DNA of 64,000 bases from the NCBI GenBank assembly GCA_965263035.1, contig OZ253580.1, positions 2,752,001 through 2,816,000 of the forward strand, given 5' to 3'. The notes under the pieces were generated by a model. That model worked only from the letters and a program-made list of their open reading frames with translations, ran no database searches and was not told the origin of the DNA. The stretch comes from Acidobacteriota bacterium (GTDB lineage Bacteria; Acidobacteriota; UBA6911; RPQK01; JAJDTT01). Shown here one piece after another: positions 63,118-64,000 of this stretch (the stretch's first letter is position 1; the number at the start of each line of letters is the position of its first letter). Made by a program: the position numbers and the translations under genes.

Positions 63118-63212
63118 TGTTTCTTCGTGCGGGCCGCTCGCAACTCCCCATCCTCGGAGAAGATCCTCCGATCATGAACCTTGAGTCCTCCCTGGCCTGA
63201 TTCTCCCGTCAC
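63114..63212 (-). pseudogene. 32-codon duplicated 5' fragment of the DUF1844 gene
   Basis: GTG..TGESGQGGLKVHDRRIFSEDGELRAARTKKQ-TGA; its TGA overlaps the dehydrogenase ATG. Confidence 0.7.
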
Positions 63213-63227
63213 GAATTCGCTCCCTCT
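63130..63227. repeat. 98-bp direct repeat, copy 2
   Basis: Matches 61936-62033. Confidence 0.9.
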
Positions 63228-63235
63228 ACGGCTGA

Positions 63236-63395
63236 CAGCCCGTGGCAAAAGTCGTCACGGCATTCGACCGTCCCTGGATCGTGCGCGGACTGCGTTGCTA
63301 TCGGCTCACATACTCCCAGTATGCTCCCTCCGTTGCGCCTGGTCCGGCGGGCGCAGGAACGGTCTCGGTGCTCGCGGGACTTTCACCACGGACTG
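63236..63395 (+). mobile_element. MITE-A copy 10 (160 bp), inside the mazG 3' end
   Basis: Same termini; flanks CTGA/TTGA. Confidence 0.9.
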
Positions 63396-64000
63396 TTGAG
63401 CTCGAAGCTGTGCCGACAGATCCGAGCACCTGTTTCTGGCTCTGCCATTGCCGCTCCAATTCCTCCGGCTCCACCTCTGCCAACGACCTCCCCTGTCGAG
63501 TGAAATGCTCTTCCAGGGTCCGGTAGCGATCCGAAAATTTGCGGTTGGCCCGATTCAGGGAAGTCTCCGGGTCGACTTGGAGGAAACGAGCCACGTTGAT
63601 GGCGGCAAAGAGAAAATCCCCGACTTCTTCCCGAATGTCCGTCTCGTTTCCCTTGCGCACGGCGTCCACCAACTCCTGGAATTCCTCCATGACCTTGTCG
63701 CCCACAGCCCCCAGACTTGGCCAATCGAAACCGACTCGAGCGGCTTTGGCCGACATCTGATAGGTAGCGTAAATAGCAGGCAACCGATCCGGCAAGGTCT
63801 CCAACAGAGACTTCCGTTCCTCAAACTGGCCACGGTCCGCCTTCTCCTCGGCCTTGATTCGTTCCCATTCCCTCAGCAGCTCGCCGCTCGTGTCGAAACG
63901 AGCCTGTCCGAAGACGTGGGGATGCCGGCGGACCATTTTTTCGTGGATGGTCCTGCAGACGTCGCCGATATCGAACTCGCCTCTCTCTCTGGCGATCCGA
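63298..64000 (-). CDS. mazG: Nucleoside triphosphate pyrophosphohydrolase (5' partial), repeat-derived C-terminus
   Basis: K.VRRHPHVF, WE.IK, GFDW, EE.GD.LF, AN.KF. Confidence 0.92.
   Translation of the reverse strand, partial: RIARERGEFDIGDVCRTIHEKMVRRHPHVFGQARFDTSGELLREWERIKAEEKADRGQFEERKSLLETLPDRLPAIYATYQMSAKAARVGFDWPSLGAVGDKVMEEFQELVDAVRKGNETDIREEVGDFLFAAINVARFLQVDPETSLNRANRKFSDRYRTLEEHFTRQGRSLAEVEPEELERQWQSQKQVLGSVGTASSSTVRGESPASTETVPAPAGPGATEGAYWEYVSR

Overview
GC-rich bacterial chromosome segment, probably Acidobacteriota (inference from an acidobacterial-type VWA protein and the gene orders). It is mostly housekeeping operons: kdsB-pyrG-kdsA-kdsD; msbA-yicC-gmk-rpoZ-coaBC-era-udg-priA; tdh-kbl; gltX-GT2-pdxJ-rsmI; argC-argD-argB; mazG-DUF1844-MBL-ribF-gatC-gatA. 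It also carries accessory catabolic and secreted-protein genes, tRNA-Leu(TAA), a long Alu-containing SRP RNA and one IS630. Main observations: (1) A 158-160 bp non-autonomous repeat (here MITE-A) occurs 10 times plus one degenerate copy. It has 18-bp terminal inverted repeats and 4-bp target duplications. It folds into one rod-like hairpin on only one strand (G-U and tandem G-A pairs, compensatory changes between copies), is stop-free in all frames on the other strand, and has rewritten protein termini (KdsB, an ABC ATPase, MazG, a secreted protein). (2) An uncharacterised DUF1611/DgcN-like P-loop gene heads the argC-argD-argB operon behind an ARG-box-like site, where ArgA/ArgJ would be expected, so it is a candidate new N-acetylglutamate synthase. 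(3) There is an extra hairpin in the SRP Alu domain. (4) Two further miniature element families, nested insertions at CTAG, and a dehydrogenase gene captured between 98-bp direct repeats. All calls are by eye from sequence and motifs; no database searches or folding programs were run.
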